61,627 nucleotides of DNA from Bacteroidales bacterium (GTDB lineage: Bacteria; Bacteroidota; Bacteroidia; Bacteroidales; ML635J-15), in contig JBGUHW010000218.1 in assembly GCA_045112395.1 (NCBI GenBank), positions 1 to 61,627 of the forward strand, given 5' to 3'. This document shows, in pieces, positions 1-10,794 of the stretch. How positions within the stretch are numbered: position 1 is the stretch's first letter; each line of letters opens with the position of its first letter. The translations under genes and the position numbers were made by a program. A model generated the notes under the pieces. That model was not told where the DNA came from. It searched no databases and worked only from the letters and a program-made list of their open reading frames with translations.

Positions 1-292
1 CCGGTCGCGACGATGTTACCTGTATCTTGCCAGAATACTCATCGGAAGCGACTTCCTTTTCAACTGTTATGGAAATGTTGCATTCGATACGCTCATTCTT
101 GGAAAACACATTGTTAGTCCACTTCGTATTGTTGATGAACTCGTACAAGTCTTTGCGCATCTCCTGAAAAATCTTCTCGTAGTTGGTTCCCTGAAGCTGC
201 TGGTGCGAAATCTGAATCTGGCATTCAAACTCCTGAGACATAGCAGCCACAGCCAAGAGCATTGCGCCGATAATGGAAACAATCTTTTTCAT
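1..292 (-). CDS. DUF4835 family protein (PorD-like), 5' part, runs off window
   Basis: Manual translation MKKIVSIIGAMLLAVAAMSQEFECQIQI...FINNTKWT...ERIECN; signal peptide; usual position after coaBC in Bacteroidota. Confidence 0.75.
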   Translation of the reverse strand, partial: MKKIVSIIGAMLLAVAAMSQEFECQIQISHQQLQGTNYEKIFQEMRKDLYEFINNTKWTNNVFSKNERIECNISITVEKEVASDEYSGKIQVTSSRP

Positions 293-294
293 AA

Positions 295-1494
295 TCAAGG
301 CTTTAAAAGTTTTTCTATTTCATCAACAATATCCTTCGCAACCATAACTTTTGACTTCAGGTCGTAGTTTTTCACTTCCTTGCTACGGTTGATGATTGTA
401 ATCTTGTTTGTGTCGTGGTTGAATCCTGCTCCCTTGTCGTTCATCGAGTTGAGGACTATGAAATCGAAGTTCTTGCGTTCGAGCTTACCGATGGCGTTTT
501 CAAGTTCGTTTTCCTTCTCAAGGGCGAAACCGACCAAAACGCGGTCGCCCTTTTGCTTTCCAAGGCTTGCTGCAATATCGTCGGTAGGCTTGAGCGTGAT
601 TTCAAGGTTATTGTCCTTGCGCTTGATTTTGGTGTCCGAAACGTTCTGCGGAGTGAAGTCGGCCACAGCTGCCGAAAGCACGGCGGCATTGCATTGCGGA
701 AATTCGCTGTTGCAAGCCTCGTACATTTCGCGTGCTGAATTAACCTTAACCAACTTTATGTTGCCGTTGTGGACATTCAGCGATGTCGGTCCAGAAACCA
801 GAACAACCTCTGCCCCACGACTTGCACATTCCTCGGCTATGGCATAACCCATCTTTCCCGACGAATAGTTGCCGATAAAGCGCACGGCATCAATCTTTTC
901 GTAGGTAGGACCAGCCGTTACCATTACCGTCTTTCCCGTCAGCGACATCTGTCCGTTGAAAAAAGCATCAAGGCTTTCGACAATTTTCTCAGGTGCGGCC
1001 AGACGACCTTTACCAACAAGTCCGCTTGCCAGTTCGCCATCCTCGGCATCAATGAAATGCACGCCGTACGACTTCAGCGTCTCGATGTTTTTCTGCACCG
1101 CAGGATGAGCAAACATATCCAAATCCATTGCCGGAGCAACAAAAACCGGACATTTTGCCGAAAGGTAAGATGTGAGCAACAGATTGTCGGCTATTCCGTT
1201 TGCCATCTTTCCGATGGTGTTGGCGGTAGCGGGAGCAATCAGATAGGCATCTGCCCACATTCCAAGGCTCACGTGTGAATTCCATTTACCGTTTTCGGGA
1301 TTGAAGAAATCGACGTAAATCGGATTCTTCGCCAACGTTGCAAGCGTCAGCGGAGTAATAAACTGCTTTGCCAACGGAGTCATCACAATCTTTACTTCGG
1401 CGCCTTGTGTAACAAGCAAACGGACAATATTTGCGGCCTTGTAGGCGGCAATACTTCCTGTTACACCGAGCAATATGTGCTTTCCGTTGAGCAT
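295..1494 (-). CDS. coaBC: Phosphopantothenoylcysteine decarboxylase/ligase
   Basis: GVTGSIAAYK, APATAN, PAMD, TAGPT, RFIGNYSSGKMG motifs. Confidence 0.97.
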   Translation of the reverse strand: MLNGKHILLGVTGSIAAYKAANIVRLLVTQGAEVKIVMTPLAKQFITPLTLATLAKNPIYVDFFNPENGKWNSHVSLGMWADAYLIAPATANTIGKMANGIADNLLLTSYLSAKCPVFVAPAMDLDMFAHPAVQKNIETLKSYGVHFIDAEDGELASGLVGKGRLAAPEKIVESLDAFFNGQMSLTGKTVMVTAGPTYEKIDAVRFIGNYSSGKMGYAIAEECASRGAEVVLVSGPTSLNVHNGNIKLVKVNSAREMYEACNSEFPQCNAAVLSAAVADFTPQNVSDTKIKRKDNNLEITLKPTDDIAASLGKQKGDRVLVGFALEKENELENAIGKLERKNFDFIVLNSMNDKGAGFNHDTNKITIINRSKEVKNYDLKSKVMVAKDIVDEIEKLLKP

Positions 1495-1500
1495 ACAATG

Positions 1501-1893
1501 CTATTCTTGTGGTTCTGGTTGCTGAACTTCTGCAACTACAGGTTCCTGTTCTTCTTCAGCTTCAACCTTCTTGATGTTAATATCCTGGTTGGTGTAGTAA
1601 ACATTGTCAGCCATGAATTCCTCAATAGCAATATTTGTTGGCTTTGGCAACTTTTCGTAATATTTCGACACCTCAATCTGCTCGCGGTTCTCATGGATTT
1701 CCTCAAGATTGTCGTTAAAGGTCGAAAATTCTTCGAGTTTCTTGTAAAGTTCCTTTCTGATGTCAGAATTAACCTGATCGGCCATCTTTGAGCAGATGAC
1801 AACAGATTCGTAAACATTTCCTGTCTTTTCAGCCATTTCGACCACATCGCGTGTGATGCAGTTTGTTGGAGCACTAGTCTTTTTGTAGTCCAT
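1501..1893 (-). CDS. rpoZ: RNA polymerase subunit omega (Bacteroidota type)
   Basis: TGNVYES, ENREQIEVSKYYEKLPKP motif; located between bamD and coaBC. Confidence 0.9.
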   Translation of the reverse strand: MDYKKTSAPTNCITRDVVEMAEKTGNVYESVVICSKMADQVNSDIRKELYKKLEEFSTFNDNLEEIHENREQIEVSKYYEKLPKPTNIAIEEFMADNVYYTNQDINIKKVEAEEEQEPVVAEVQQPEPQE

Positions 1894-2695
1894 TTTGATT
1901 CTCTATATAATTTTGTGAATTTGTAAAATATTTTTCTGCTTCTTTAATCTTCTTTGAGTTAGGAAATTTATCCAAAAATGCATAGTAGGCCTGCACTGTA
2001 TTCTTGTAACGTTCCAACTTTTTACTTTCAACGCTTTTGGTTGCAAGCGTATACGATGCCTTAACCATTGTGAACATTATATCCTCGCGGTAGGTTGTCG
2101 CAGGATAGTCGTACAGCACATTCCTTAGCGCAACTATTGCCGCCTTGTAATCGCTTATCTTATAATAAAGCATGGCATTGTTGTATGCTTTTGTCTCAAG
2201 TTTGAAATTCAAGTCCTTTATATGCTCGTCAACCTTTTCGCCATACTTTGAATCCGGATACTTTTCCTTAAAAGCTTCAAGGTCCCTGAGCGCCATCTCA
2301 GTATATGTTTGCTCAAGCGAAACGCTAGGCGAAACTATATAATAGCAGTAGGCAGCCATATACTCGGCCTCCTCGGTGCGTTCTGTATTGGAATACATAC
2401 GAGCATATTCCTTAAACAGATATGCTGCCAAAGAATACTCTTTCTGCCTATAATTGCAATAAGCATTATAAAAGCAAAGTGTCTCGTACTTGTCGGTGCC
2501 CTTGTACACAGCCTTTATGTCCTCTATAAGACCAAGAGCCTTATAATAGTCTTCGGCTTCGTAATATTCGAACACCTTGCGATACTTCAGGTCACTGTCA
2601 CCGCTCTTCATTATCTTGGAATATTCGCCACAAGATACTGATAATAAAGCAATTACAGCGACAATTAGACAATATACACTTTTCCAATTAAACAT
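1874..2695 (-). CDS. bamD: Outer membrane protein assembly lipoprotein BamD
   Basis: Lipobox SVSC, TPR-like repeats, SPSVSLEQ, YKAAIVAL; conserved synteny. Confidence 0.92.
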   Translation of the reverse strand: MFNWKSVYCLIVAVIALLSVSCGEYSKIMKSGDSDLKYRKVFEYYEAEDYYKALGLIEDIKAVYKGTDKYETLCFYNAYCNYRQKEYSLAAYLFKEYARMYSNTERTEEAEYMAAYCYYIVSPSVSLEQTYTEMALRDLEAFKEKYPDSKYGEKVDEHIKDLNFKLETKAYNNAMLYYKISDYKAAIVALRNVLYDYPATTYREDIMFTMVKASYTLATKSVESKKLERYKNTVQAYYAFLDKFPNSKKIKEAEKYFTNSQNYIENQNGLQKD

Positions 2696-2699
2696 CTTG

Positions 2700-2707
2700 C
2701 AAAGATA
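2700..2707 (-). promoter_or_regulatory. Bacteroidota sigma-A -7 box (TATCTTTG) of bamD operon
   Basis: Matches TAnnTTTG, 4 nt before the bamD ATG. Confidence 0.65.
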
Positions 2708-2716
2708 TACAAATTA

Positions 2717-3741
2717 ACCTGTTGGTTGAATTAAAAAAAAAATAATTATGCACAAAAGTTGTACATATCGCTGATTTTTAGTAATTTAGTGGTGACAAAA
2801 AAACATTAAATACTATTCATTGTTATGCACAACTTCGTTGCAAAGTTCATAGAAATTCTTGAAATATGCAAACAATTTGCAGAGAATCATGTTAATGAAA
2901 AGGGAAATGTTGTTCGTTGCGGTGTTGTACCTAAATTCTCAGACATTGAAGTAGTCGCTCTTTCCATCACTGCAGAAGCATTTGGTATTGATAGTGAAAA
3001 TTATCTCTTCAATCGGTTGAACAATGAGTTTCCTAATGCCATACCTAATTTGATAACGCGCCGACAGTTTAATCAGAGGCGCAAGAAAACGATGCATCTC
3101 GGCGAGAAAATCCGTAAGTCAATAGCACGCAGGATTGATGGCGGAGAAAATGTATTCAGCATAGATTCAAAACCTGTTAAAGTTTGCCAGAATGCGCGAG
3201 CCAAAAGATGTACGCTGGGCAAGGACGATATGGGACGTGCTCCCGCATGGGGATATTGCGCCTCTCAGAACATGCATTACTATGGCTACAAACTTCATGC
3301 ATTGTGCGGAATTACAGGTGTGATACACTCCTATGATTTGACGGCAGCAAATGTACACGACCTACATTATCTGCAAGATGTAAAATGGGAATATCACGAT
3401 TGCATGATTTTTGGAGACAAGGGGTATCTCAGCGCACCTGTACAATTGAATCTTTTTGAGACGGCGAATATCACTCTGGAAGTGCCATACAGACTGAACC
3501 AGAAGACATGGGAACCTCCTTCATGGGCATACAAGCGATTTAGAAAAAGAATCGAAACGGTATTCTCCCAACTAAACGACCAGCTAATGATGATACGCAA
3601 CTATGCTAAAAAATCTAATGGACTTTTTACAAGAATGTCTGCCAAAGTTGCGGCTTTTACAATGTTACAATATTTCAACTTTTTGAATCATAAACCTATC
3701 GGTCAAGTCAAATATGCATTATTCTAATTCATCCAACGGGT
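2717..3741 (+). mobile_element. IS982-family insertion sequence, 1025 bp
   Basis: 17-bp terminal IRs ACCTGTTGGTTGAATTA / rc ACCCGTTGGATGAATTA (2 mismatches); 6-bp target duplication AAATTA at 2711-2716 and 3742-3747. Confidence 0.92.
2825..3727 (+). CDS. IS982-family DDE transposase
   Basis: IDSKP, YYGYKLH, GDKGY, RKRIETVFSQL motifs; 300 aa intact. Confidence 0.93.
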   Translation: MHNFVAKFIEILEICKQFAENHVNEKGNVVRCGVVPKFSDIEVVALSITAEAFGIDSENYLFNRLNNEFPNAIPNLITRRQFNQRRKKTMHLGEKIRKSIARRIDGGENVFSIDSKPVKVCQNARAKRCTLGKDDMGRAPAWGYCASQNMHYYGYKLHALCGITGVIHSYDLTAANVHDLHYLQDVKWEYHDCMIFGDKGYLSAPVQLNLFETANITLEVPYRLNQKTWEPPSWAYKRFRKRIETVFSQLNDQLMMIRNYAKKSNGLFTRMSAKVAAFTMLQYFNFLNHKPIGQVKYALF

Positions 3742-3774
3742 AAATTACTTATTCCACATATTTAATTTTTTCAT

Positions 3775-3803
3775 AAAAAATCCGCTTCAATAACGGAGTG
3801 GAT
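3775..3803 (-). terminator. Putative intrinsic terminator after rsmE
   Basis: Imperfect hairpin ATCCGCTTC...GAGTGGAT next to an A-run (U-tail on the minus strand). Confidence 0.5.
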
Positions 3804-3831
3804 AAAGCATTATTGTCTGCACGCTCAACTA

Positions 3832-4539
3832 TTATAACATCTGATTTTTTATCGACACGATATCACAAGCCACAAGTGCGGCCGTTTCTGTACGCAAACG
3901 ACTATTACCCAACGTCACAGGAACATAAGTTTGCAAAGCGAGTTCAATTTCATCGTGCGAAAAGTCACCTTCGGGACCAATAAGTACCGTAACAGATGTT
4001 TTCGGCTTTACAACATCTGCAAGATATATTCGCTTGCCATCATTTTCGCAGTGAGCAACAAACTTCTGCTCGGAACAATCATTCTTCACAAAATCCAAAA
4101 ACTTCACCGCTTCGTTAATCTGTGGATGATACGCCTTGTACGACTGTTTCATGGCAGCCTCCACAATGCGGTTCATTCGGTCAGTCTTCACAACTTTTCG
4201 CTCTGAATTGTGACAAATGATGGGAGTAATTTCCGAAATTCCTATCTCTGTGGCTTTTTCTAGAAACCATTCCAAGCGATCCATGTTTTTGGTTGGAGCA
4301 ATGGCTATGTGAAGACGATAAGGAAGCTTGTTGTACTCCGCAATAGTTTCTAACACATGTATCGTAGTATGTTTGTTATCAATTGTTTCTATTTCGGAAC
4401 GATGCAAATTTCCTTGTCCGTCTGCAATGAAAATTTCATCACCGACTTTCAGCCTAAGCACACGCGCACAATGGTTCGACTCCTCTTCGCTGAGGACATG
4501 GCGGTCACCCGAAATCGTATTGTCGTAGAAGAATCTCAT
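3832..4539 (-). CDS. rsmE: 16S rRNA m3U1498 methyltransferase
   Basis: [30 protein letters not shown]. Confidence 0.96.
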   Translation of the reverse strand: MRFFYDNTISGDRHVLSEEESNHCARVLRLKVGDEIFIADGQGNLHRSEIETIDNKHTTIHVLETIAEYNKLPYRLHIAIAPTKNMDRLEWFLEKATEIGISEITPIICHNSERKVVKTDRMNRIVEAAMKQSYKAYHPQINEAVKFLDFVKNDCSEQKFVAHCENDGKRIYLADVVKPKTSVTVLIGPEGDFSHDEIELALQTYVPVTLGNSRLRTETAALVACDIVSIKNQML

Positions 4540-5189
4540 TGGTGTATTTCTCCGTCAGAAATGGTAAACATACGGTCGGTTAGACGGGCATGCTCCTCGT
4601 TGTGCGTTACAATTACAAATGTCTGCTTGAAATTCTCGCGCAGATCGAAGATAATCTTATATAGGTCGCGGGCATTATGCGAGTCAAGGTTTCCCGAAGG
4701 TTCATCGGCAAGCACTACCGATGGATTGTTTATCAAAGCACGGGCAATTGCAACACGCTGTTTTTCTCCGCCCGACAACTCCGATGGCTTGTGTTCGCTT
4801 CGCTCGCGGACATTCAATGCGTCAAGCAATTCGAGAGCCCGCATGCGCGTTTCCCTCTTACCGTCACCAGCAATGAAGGCAGGAATGCACACATTTTCCA
4901 ATGCGGTAAATTCGGGAAGAAGCTGATGAAACTGGAAAACAAAGCCTATATGCGAATTGCGAAACGCCGACAATTTCTTTTCGCCAAGCGAAAAGGTATC
5001 TATGCCATCGATTATGACCTTGCCGGAATCGGGCTTGAGCAAAGTTCCAATGATTTGCAACAAGGTCGTTTTGCCAGCTCCGCTTGCGCCCAAAATCGAC
5101 ACAATCTCCGATCTTTTTATATGCAAGTCTATACCTTTCAGCACCTTAAGGCTTCCATAAGACTTGATTATATTTTGTACATCAATCAT
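4536..5189 (-). CDS. lolD: LolD-like ABC transporter ATP-binding protein
   Basis: [37 protein letters not shown]. Confidence 0.8.
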   Translation of the reverse strand: MIDVQNIIKSYGSLKVLKGIDLHIKRSEIVSILGASGAGKTTLLQIIGTLLKPDSGKVIIDGIDTFSLGEKKLSAFRNSHIGFVFQFHQLLPEFTALENVCIPAFIAGDGKRETRMRALELLDALNVRERSEHKPSELSGGEKQRVAIARALINNPSVVLADEPSGNLDSHNARDLYKIIFDLRENFKQTFVIVTHNEEHARLTDRMFTISDGEIHQ

Positions 5190-5222
5190 CCGTGCAAAAA
5201 TTTGCCGTAAAGATATAACAAT

Positions 5223-5325
5223 ATTTACGATTTACGATTTTTGATTTACGATTTAATGGGTTTGAAGATTTGAAAGATTTGAAAAATTTGCTTGCGCGAA
5301 CTAAAGGTTGAAGATTTGAGGATTG
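5223..5325. repeat. Intergenic array: TTTACGA heptamers followed by TTTGAAGA-type octamers
   Basis: TTTACGA TTTACGA TTTTTGA TTTACGA ... TTTGAAGA TTTGAAAGA TTTGAAAAA. Confidence 0.85.
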
Positions 5326-5451
5326 CAGACACTAACTAATTTATGATGAAAATTATTAATACGGCAACTCCACCATTTAATTTTTCTTAATAAATTTTAT
5401 TCTCACTATTTTTTACTAATTTAGCACCCAAAATAAAAACCTGAAAAAATT

Positions 5452-6870
5452 ATGTTGAGCGAAAACGAAATAAAACGGCAGAAAAGCCTCCTCGAAAGCG
5501 AAGGAAACTTTGTTGACATTGCTGCACCTGCAACACCAGAAAACGGCATAACAATTATTGAAAACCAGCAGAAATACATCGAAACATACGATAATAAAAG
5601 CAAGAACTACAGCATAGAAAAGTTTGTGCCAGCATCGGGAGCGGCAACCAGGATGTTCAAGCGACTCATAGCATTCAACAACGAGCCGAACCTGAAAAAC
5701 CTCCACGACGGAGGCGACTACTCTGTAAAAGCGACAATAGATGCATTGCCCAAGTTCGCATTTTTCGACACGCTGAAAGGCAGCATTAAGGATGCCGAAA
5801 ATCTGGAGGAAGTTTCCGACCACATACTCCACCAACCACTGAATTATGCAGGTCTACCAAAAGGTCTTGTAGAATTTCACAAATACAATGGTTTTTCGCG
5901 CACCGCATTCGAGGAACAGATATTCGAAGGCGTGGCAATGAATAATTCCGAAGCTCCAGCAAAACTTGAATTCACTGTATCGGAAGAACATTACGAAATG
6001 TTCCGCACGTTGCTAGACAAGATTCTGCAAAAGAATAAACTAAATGTTGATGTAAAATTCTCGTTCCAGGAAAAATCCACCAACACAGTTGCAATTTACA
6101 ACGATGGCAGCCTTGTTATGACAGATTCGGGCGAACTTTTCACCCGTCCTGGCGGACATGGTTCGCTGTTGCAGAACCTTAATCAGATTGATGCCGATAT
6201 TATCTTCATCAAGAATATCGATAACATTGTTCATCAGGACTATATGCCAGAAACTCTTCCATACAAAAAACTTCTCGGTGGAGTACTGATAGAAACAGCA
6301 GAAAACATTAAGTCGTATATGCAGAGCCTCGAAAGCGACAAGTCGGCAGAAAATTGCAACCGCATAGCCAACAGCTTGGAAAAGACCTTCTGCACCACCA
6401 TAGAAAGAAACGAAAACCTCTACGACTCGCTCTGCAAATTCATGAATCGCCCAATTCGAGTATGCGGAATGGTGAAAAACACTGGAGAACCTGGCGGTGG
6501 TCCATTTCTTGTAAGAAAAGACGGAAATGTTTCGTTGCAGATAGTTGAAAAAGCCCAGATAAACCTTGCCGACGAACAGCAAAAGGATTATTTCAACAAA
6601 TCGACACACTTCAATCCTGTTGACCTCGTATGCTACACCAAGGATTACACTGGCAAGAAATTCGACTTGAACAAATTCGTTGACACATCAACATGCTTTG
6701 TATCTGAAAAGACATACAACGGCAAACCAATCAAGGTTTTGGAACACCCGGGACTATGGAACGGCTCAATGGCCGACTGGCTTACTATTTTTGTAGAAGT
6801 ACCGCTGATAACCTTCAATCCTGTCAAGGAACTCAACGACTTACTGCGCAAGGAACACCAAGCCAAATAG
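5452..6870 (+). CDS. DUF4301 family protein
   Basis: FVPASGAATRMFK, RPGGHG, GEPGGGPF, THFNPVD, PGLWNGSMA motifs. Confidence 0.9.
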   Translation: MLSENEIKRQKSLLESEGNFVDIAAPATPENGITIIENQQKYIETYDNKSKNYSIEKFVPASGAATRMFKRLIAFNNEPNLKNLHDGGDYSVKATIDALPKFAFFDTLKGSIKDAENLEEVSDHILHQPLNYAGLPKGLVEFHKYNGFSRTAFEEQIFEGVAMNNSEAPAKLEFTVSEEHYEMFRTLLDKILQKNKLNVDVKFSFQEKSTNTVAIYNDGSLVMTDSGELFTRPGGHGSLLQNLNQIDADIIFIKNIDNIVHQDYMPETLPYKKLLGGVLIETAENIKSYMQSLESDKSAENCNRIANSLEKTFCTTIERNENLYDSLCKFMNRPIRVCGMVKNTGEPGGGPFLVRKDGNVSLQIVEKAQINLADEQQKDYFNKSTHFNPVDLVCYTKDYTGKKFDLNKFVDTSTCFVSEKTYNGKPIKVLEHPGLWNGSMADWLTIFVEVPLITFNPVKELNDLLRKEHQAK

Positions 6871-6940
6871 GCGATTACAAACCATTAACTTGCTTGTAGA
6901 AAGCAAAAAATCTGTATTTTTGCAAAAAATAAATTAGAAT

Positions 6941-7552
6941 ATGTTTTCAGGAATAGTAGAAGAAACCGCAAGACTGGTCAGAATTGAAAAGGAACAGAGC
7001 AACATTCATTTTTATTTCACATGCTCTTTTGGCGACCAGCTTCGCATCGATCAAAGCGTTGCCCACAACGGCGTATGCCTCACAGTTGTAGAAATAGATA
7101 AGCCGACAAAGACCTACAAGGTTACGGCAATGAAGGAAACTCTTGACAAGTCGAACCTGGGGCTGCTGAACATTGGCGACGAAGTAAACATTGAGCGTAG
7201 CATGAGCATGGACAAACTCTTTGACGGACATTTGGTTCAAGGACATGTTGACCAAACAGCCAAGTGCATTGATGTTACCGAAAACGGCGGAAGCTGGTAC
7301 TACACTTTCGAATACGACAAGTCGAAAGGCAACATCACGGTAGAAAAAGGTTCTGTTTCGGTAAACGGCGTGAGCCTCACGGTAGTGAACTCGAAGGCAA
7401 ACACTTTTTCCGTATCCATAATTCCGTACACATATCAGGTGACCAACTTCCACTGCTTCAAGGTAGGCACTATAGTAAACCTTGAATTCGACATCATCGG
7501 AAAGTACATACAGAAGATTATGGCTGGCTACCTCGAAGGACTTGGCAAATAA
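6941..7552 (+). CDS. ribE: Riboflavin synthase (alpha chain)
   Basis: MFSGIVE start, NGVCLTV, GHLVQGHVD, VNLEFD. Confidence 0.95.
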   Translation: MFSGIVEETARLVRIEKEQSNIHFYFTCSFGDQLRIDQSVAHNGVCLTVVEIDKPTKTYKVTAMKETLDKSNLGLLNIGDEVNIERSMSMDKLFDGHLVQGHVDQTAKCIDVTENGGSWYYTFEYDKSKGNITVEKGSVSVNGVSLTVVNSKANTFSVSIIPYTYQVTNFHCFKVGTIVNLEFDIIGKYIQKIMAGYLEGLGK

Positions 7553-7555
7553 GAG

Positions 7556-8863
7556 GTGCAACTGATTTCCAAATACCTGAACAGCGTAAGAGCACTGCAA
7601 TTTTTGCAGTTGTTCCGTTTTGTTGCACTGCTTCTCATTGGCATTATCCTGTCGAAGACAAGCATAGGCATCAGTCAAATAGGAACATACGAGACTTTTC
7701 TGCTGATTTCGGGGGCTTCGTGCTTCTTCTGGACCGGCGGTATGTTGCAGACAATGCTTTCGTTGAAACGAGAAGGGAAACAAGAAAAAACTGAAACATA
7801 CTTCAACATATTCTTAATCTTCACAGCATTGTCGTTGATTACAGCCACGGCAATTTTCCTGCTACAATCGCAAATTGCAACATTAGTAGGATTCAGCGGA
7901 AACCGCATACCTTATTTAAAAATACTATTGGCATACATAGTACTATCGAGTCCTGCAAATCTTGTCGAGTACATATATCTTATTGAAAATAAGCCCAAAC
8001 ACATTGCCGCATACGGTGCGATAGTATTCACTTTGCAGATACTTGCCATCACAATCCCCGTAATAATAACCAACGACCTCGGCTACGGACTATACGGTCT
8101 TTTGCTTGCAACAATGGTAAAATTCGTTTGGCTCGTAATTATTATAATAAGGTATTCGCGACTGAGATTCTCAGGGAAATACATTGGACTTTTCCTGAAA
8201 TTATCTGCGCCTTTCATGCTTAGCGTACTGATAGTAAAAGGCATACAATACATCGACTGTCTAATTGTCGCATACAAGTTCGATGAAAGTACCTTCGCGC
8301 AATTCCGTTACGGAGCAAAAGAATTTCCACTTATTCTGTTGCCTGTCACTGCCTTGTCGGAAGCAATATCCTCACGAATAGCCAACAACGAAAGCACAAG
8401 GGATGCACTTGAAAGCATCAAGCGCGAAAACAAGCACATAATGCACATTTGCATTCCCATTGCAATGTTGGCCATAATTACAAGCAAATACCTGTACCCA
8501 CTGGTATTCAACGAAGATTTCTACGAAAGTGCGTTGGTTTTCAACATATTCTGCTTTACTGCCATGTTCAGGTTCATACTTCCCGAAAGCATACTTATTG
8601 GAAGAAGAGAGAGCCGTCCTATTTTGGCAGCAGCTACAATAAACTTAGTAGTTAATGTTGCATTGGGTTTTATACTTGTGAATTTCATTGGGATTGTAGG
8701 CGTTGCCATCGCTTTCCTTGTCGGAAACATAATGGAAAAGATAGCCCTCGTCTCTGTTGTAAAGTCACTCTATGGGATCCGACCGAAAGAATATCTTGAC
8801 ACAAGGATATTCGTGTACTATGCTGCACTTATGGCAGTGTGCATGGTGGTAAGCTTGATATAG
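7556..8863 (+). CDS. MOP/MATE-superfamily flippase-like membrane protein
   Basis: About 12 hydrophobic segments; GTG start; polysaccharide-flippase-like C-terminus. Confidence 0.65.
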   Translation: MQLISKYLNSVRALQFLQLFRFVALLLIGIILSKTSIGISQIGTYETFLLISGASCFFWTGGMLQTMLSLKREGKQEKTETYFNIFLIFTALSLITATAIFLLQSQIATLVGFSGNRIPYLKILLAYIVLSSPANLVEYIYLIENKPKHIAAYGAIVFTLQILAITIPVIITNDLGYGLYGLLLATMVKFVWLVIIIIRYSRLRFSGKYIGLFLKLSAPFMLSVLIVKGIQYIDCLIVAYKFDESTFAQFRYGAKEFPLILLPVTALSEAISSRIANNESTRDALESIKRENKHIMHICIPIAMLAIITSKYLYPLVFNEDFYESALVFNIFCFTAMFRFILPESILIGRRESRPILAAATINLVVNVALGFILVNFIGIVGVAIAFLVGNIMEKIALVSVVKSLYGIRPKEYLDTRIFVYYAALMAVCMVVSLI

Positions 8864-9404
8864 AGGCTGCGCCAGTTTGAATGTTTCAAGTTTCATGTTT
8901 CTGGTTTAAGGTTCAAAGTTCAAGGGTTTAAAAAGTTTGAGGGCTTCGCCGTTTCATGGGCTGACGCCCGTTTCTACACTGCACTGTTTCATGTATCAAG
9001 TTTAAATGGCTGATGCCCGTTTCTAAAAAAAGGAATGTCATGCTGAACTGGTTTCAGCATCTGATTCCTTTTTTTGTTTCTTAGTTTCAATGCCTGCGGC
9101 GTTTGAATGTTTCTTGTTTCATGTTTGAATGGCTGCGCCGTTTCATGGGCTGACGCCCGTTTCTACGCTACGCTGTTTCAAAGTTTAAATGGCTGATGCC
9201 GTTTCTATTTTTAACTTCGCTGAGGGCTTCACCGTTCTAAATTTTTAACAGTCTTGCGGTCTAACGGTCTGGCTGACTGTCAGACAGGTCTTCTGCTCGA
9301 CAGTTGGACTTTTAGCCTTTTCTTCTTCTAGCCTTTTAGCCCATAAAACTCTTTTGCATCTTGTCAGAGAAATCGTAAATCATACTTCCCTATTCGTAAA
9401 TATT
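8864..9404. repeat. Composite intergenic repeat region (GTTTC units with GGC-n-GCC mini-hairpins, REP in a hairpin, octamer element, AAATCGT heptamers)
   Basis: Seen directly; includes an ~80-bp duplication at 8942-9025 and 9131-9207. Confidence 0.85.
9025..9075. terminator. Bidirectional terminator-like hairpin with a REP in its loop
   Basis: AAAAAAAGGAAT [GTCATGCTGAACTGGTTTCAGCATCTG] ATTCCTTTTTTT. Confidence 0.65.
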
Positions 9405-9435
9405 ATTGTATCTTTGCGGACAAATTTTTCGGAAG

Positions 9436-10794
9436 ATGGCAGTCGAACTAAAAAAGGAATTCTTAGATGAACTTACCGAAGTCGTAAAGAACCGAGATTC
9501 GGCAAGGGCTACGGAGATGATTCAGGAAATGCATCCTGCCGACATCGCCGAATACTTCGAGGAAATAAACCTCGACGACTGCTCTTTCATCTTCATGCTT
9601 CTCGATGCAGAAACCAAGGCAGATGTTCTTGTAGAACTCGAGGACGACGAGCGTGAAAAACTTCTAGAAACCATACCTAGCGATGTCATTGGTGAACAGC
9701 TCATCGACAAGATGGAATCCGATGATGCTGCCGATATTCTTGGCGACTTGGACGATGATGTTCAGGAAGAAATCCTTTCGCACGTCAAGGATGTCGACCA
9801 AGCAGGCGATATTGTTGACCTGTTGAGCTATGATGAAGACACCGCCGGTGGTATCATGGCCAAGGAACTTGTTGCTATAAACGAAAATCTGACCGTTAAG
9901 CAAGCCCTTGGCGAAATGCGTGACCAAGCCGAACTGATAGACGAAATCTACTACCTATATGTAGTCGATGACAATAATATATTTAAAGGTACGGTATCTC
10001 TAAAGTCACTGCTGTTCAGTTCCACTAACCAGAAGATTGTCAACATTCTCGAAGAGGACACCGTATCGGTGAAAACCGATGACAAAGCCGAGGAAGTTGC
10101 AAAAATCATGGAAAAGTATGACTTGGTGGCAATTCCTGTTGTCGATAGCATAGGCAGACTGATGGGACGAATCACCATCGATGATGTTGTAGATGTCATC
10201 CGTGAAAATGCCGAAGAGGACTACCAGTTGAGCGCAGGTATTACCAAAGATGTCAACTTTTCGGACAGCGTATTCAAGCAGACAAAATCGCGCATACCCT
10301 GGTTGCTGATTGGTATGCTCGGTGGTGTATTGTCATCACAAATAATAGGTGTCTTCGACGAGGAAATGGCATCATACACCTCGCTTGCAATGTTTTTGCC
10401 GCTAATCGCAGCAATGGGCGGAAACGCAGGTGTACAATCATCGGCTATCGTGGTGCAAGGTCTCGCCAGTGGCGACCTCGACATACATTCAACAGGCAAA
10501 AAGTTGTTCAAGGAATTCCGTATAGGCGCATGCAACGGAATTATATGCGGCGGTTTGATTTTCGCATACAACTTCTTCTTCTCCGACAGTTTTGCACTCA
10601 CTTTGTCGGTAAGCGTTGCCTTGCTTTCGGTAATTGTGTTCGCAACCGTTCTTGGCACATTTATCCCATTGTTGCTAAAGAAAATGAAAGTTGACCCCGC
10701 CATAGCAACCGGACCATTCATTACCACATTCAACGATATAATGGGACTTATAATCTATTTGCTCATCGCAAAGCAGATGTTCGCAATATTCTAG
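9436..10794 (+). CDS. mgtE: Magnesium transporter MgtE
   Basis: HPADIA, CBS pair, GRITIDD, MGGNAGVQ, DPAIATGPFITT; start moved to ATG 9436, downstream of the -7 box. Confidence 0.96.
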   Translation: MAVELKKEFLDELTEVVKNRDSARATEMIQEMHPADIAEYFEEINLDDCSFIFMLLDAETKADVLVELEDDEREKLLETIPSDVIGEQLIDKMESDDAADILGDLDDDVQEEILSHVKDVDQAGDIVDLLSYDEDTAGGIMAKELVAINENLTVKQALGEMRDQAELIDEIYYLYVVDDNNIFKGTVSLKSLLFSSTNQKIVNILEEDTVSVKTDDKAEEVAKIMEKYDLVAIPVVDSIGRLMGRITIDDVVDVIRENAEEDYQLSAGITKDVNFSDSVFKQTKSRIPWLLIGMLGGVLSSQIIGVFDEEMASYTSLAMFLPLIAAMGGNAGVQSSAIVVQGLASGDLDIHSTGKKLFKEFRIGACNGIICGGLIFAYNFFFSDSFALTLSVSVALLSVIVFATVLGTFIPLLLKKMKVDPAIATGPFITTFNDIMGLIIYLLIAKQMFAIF

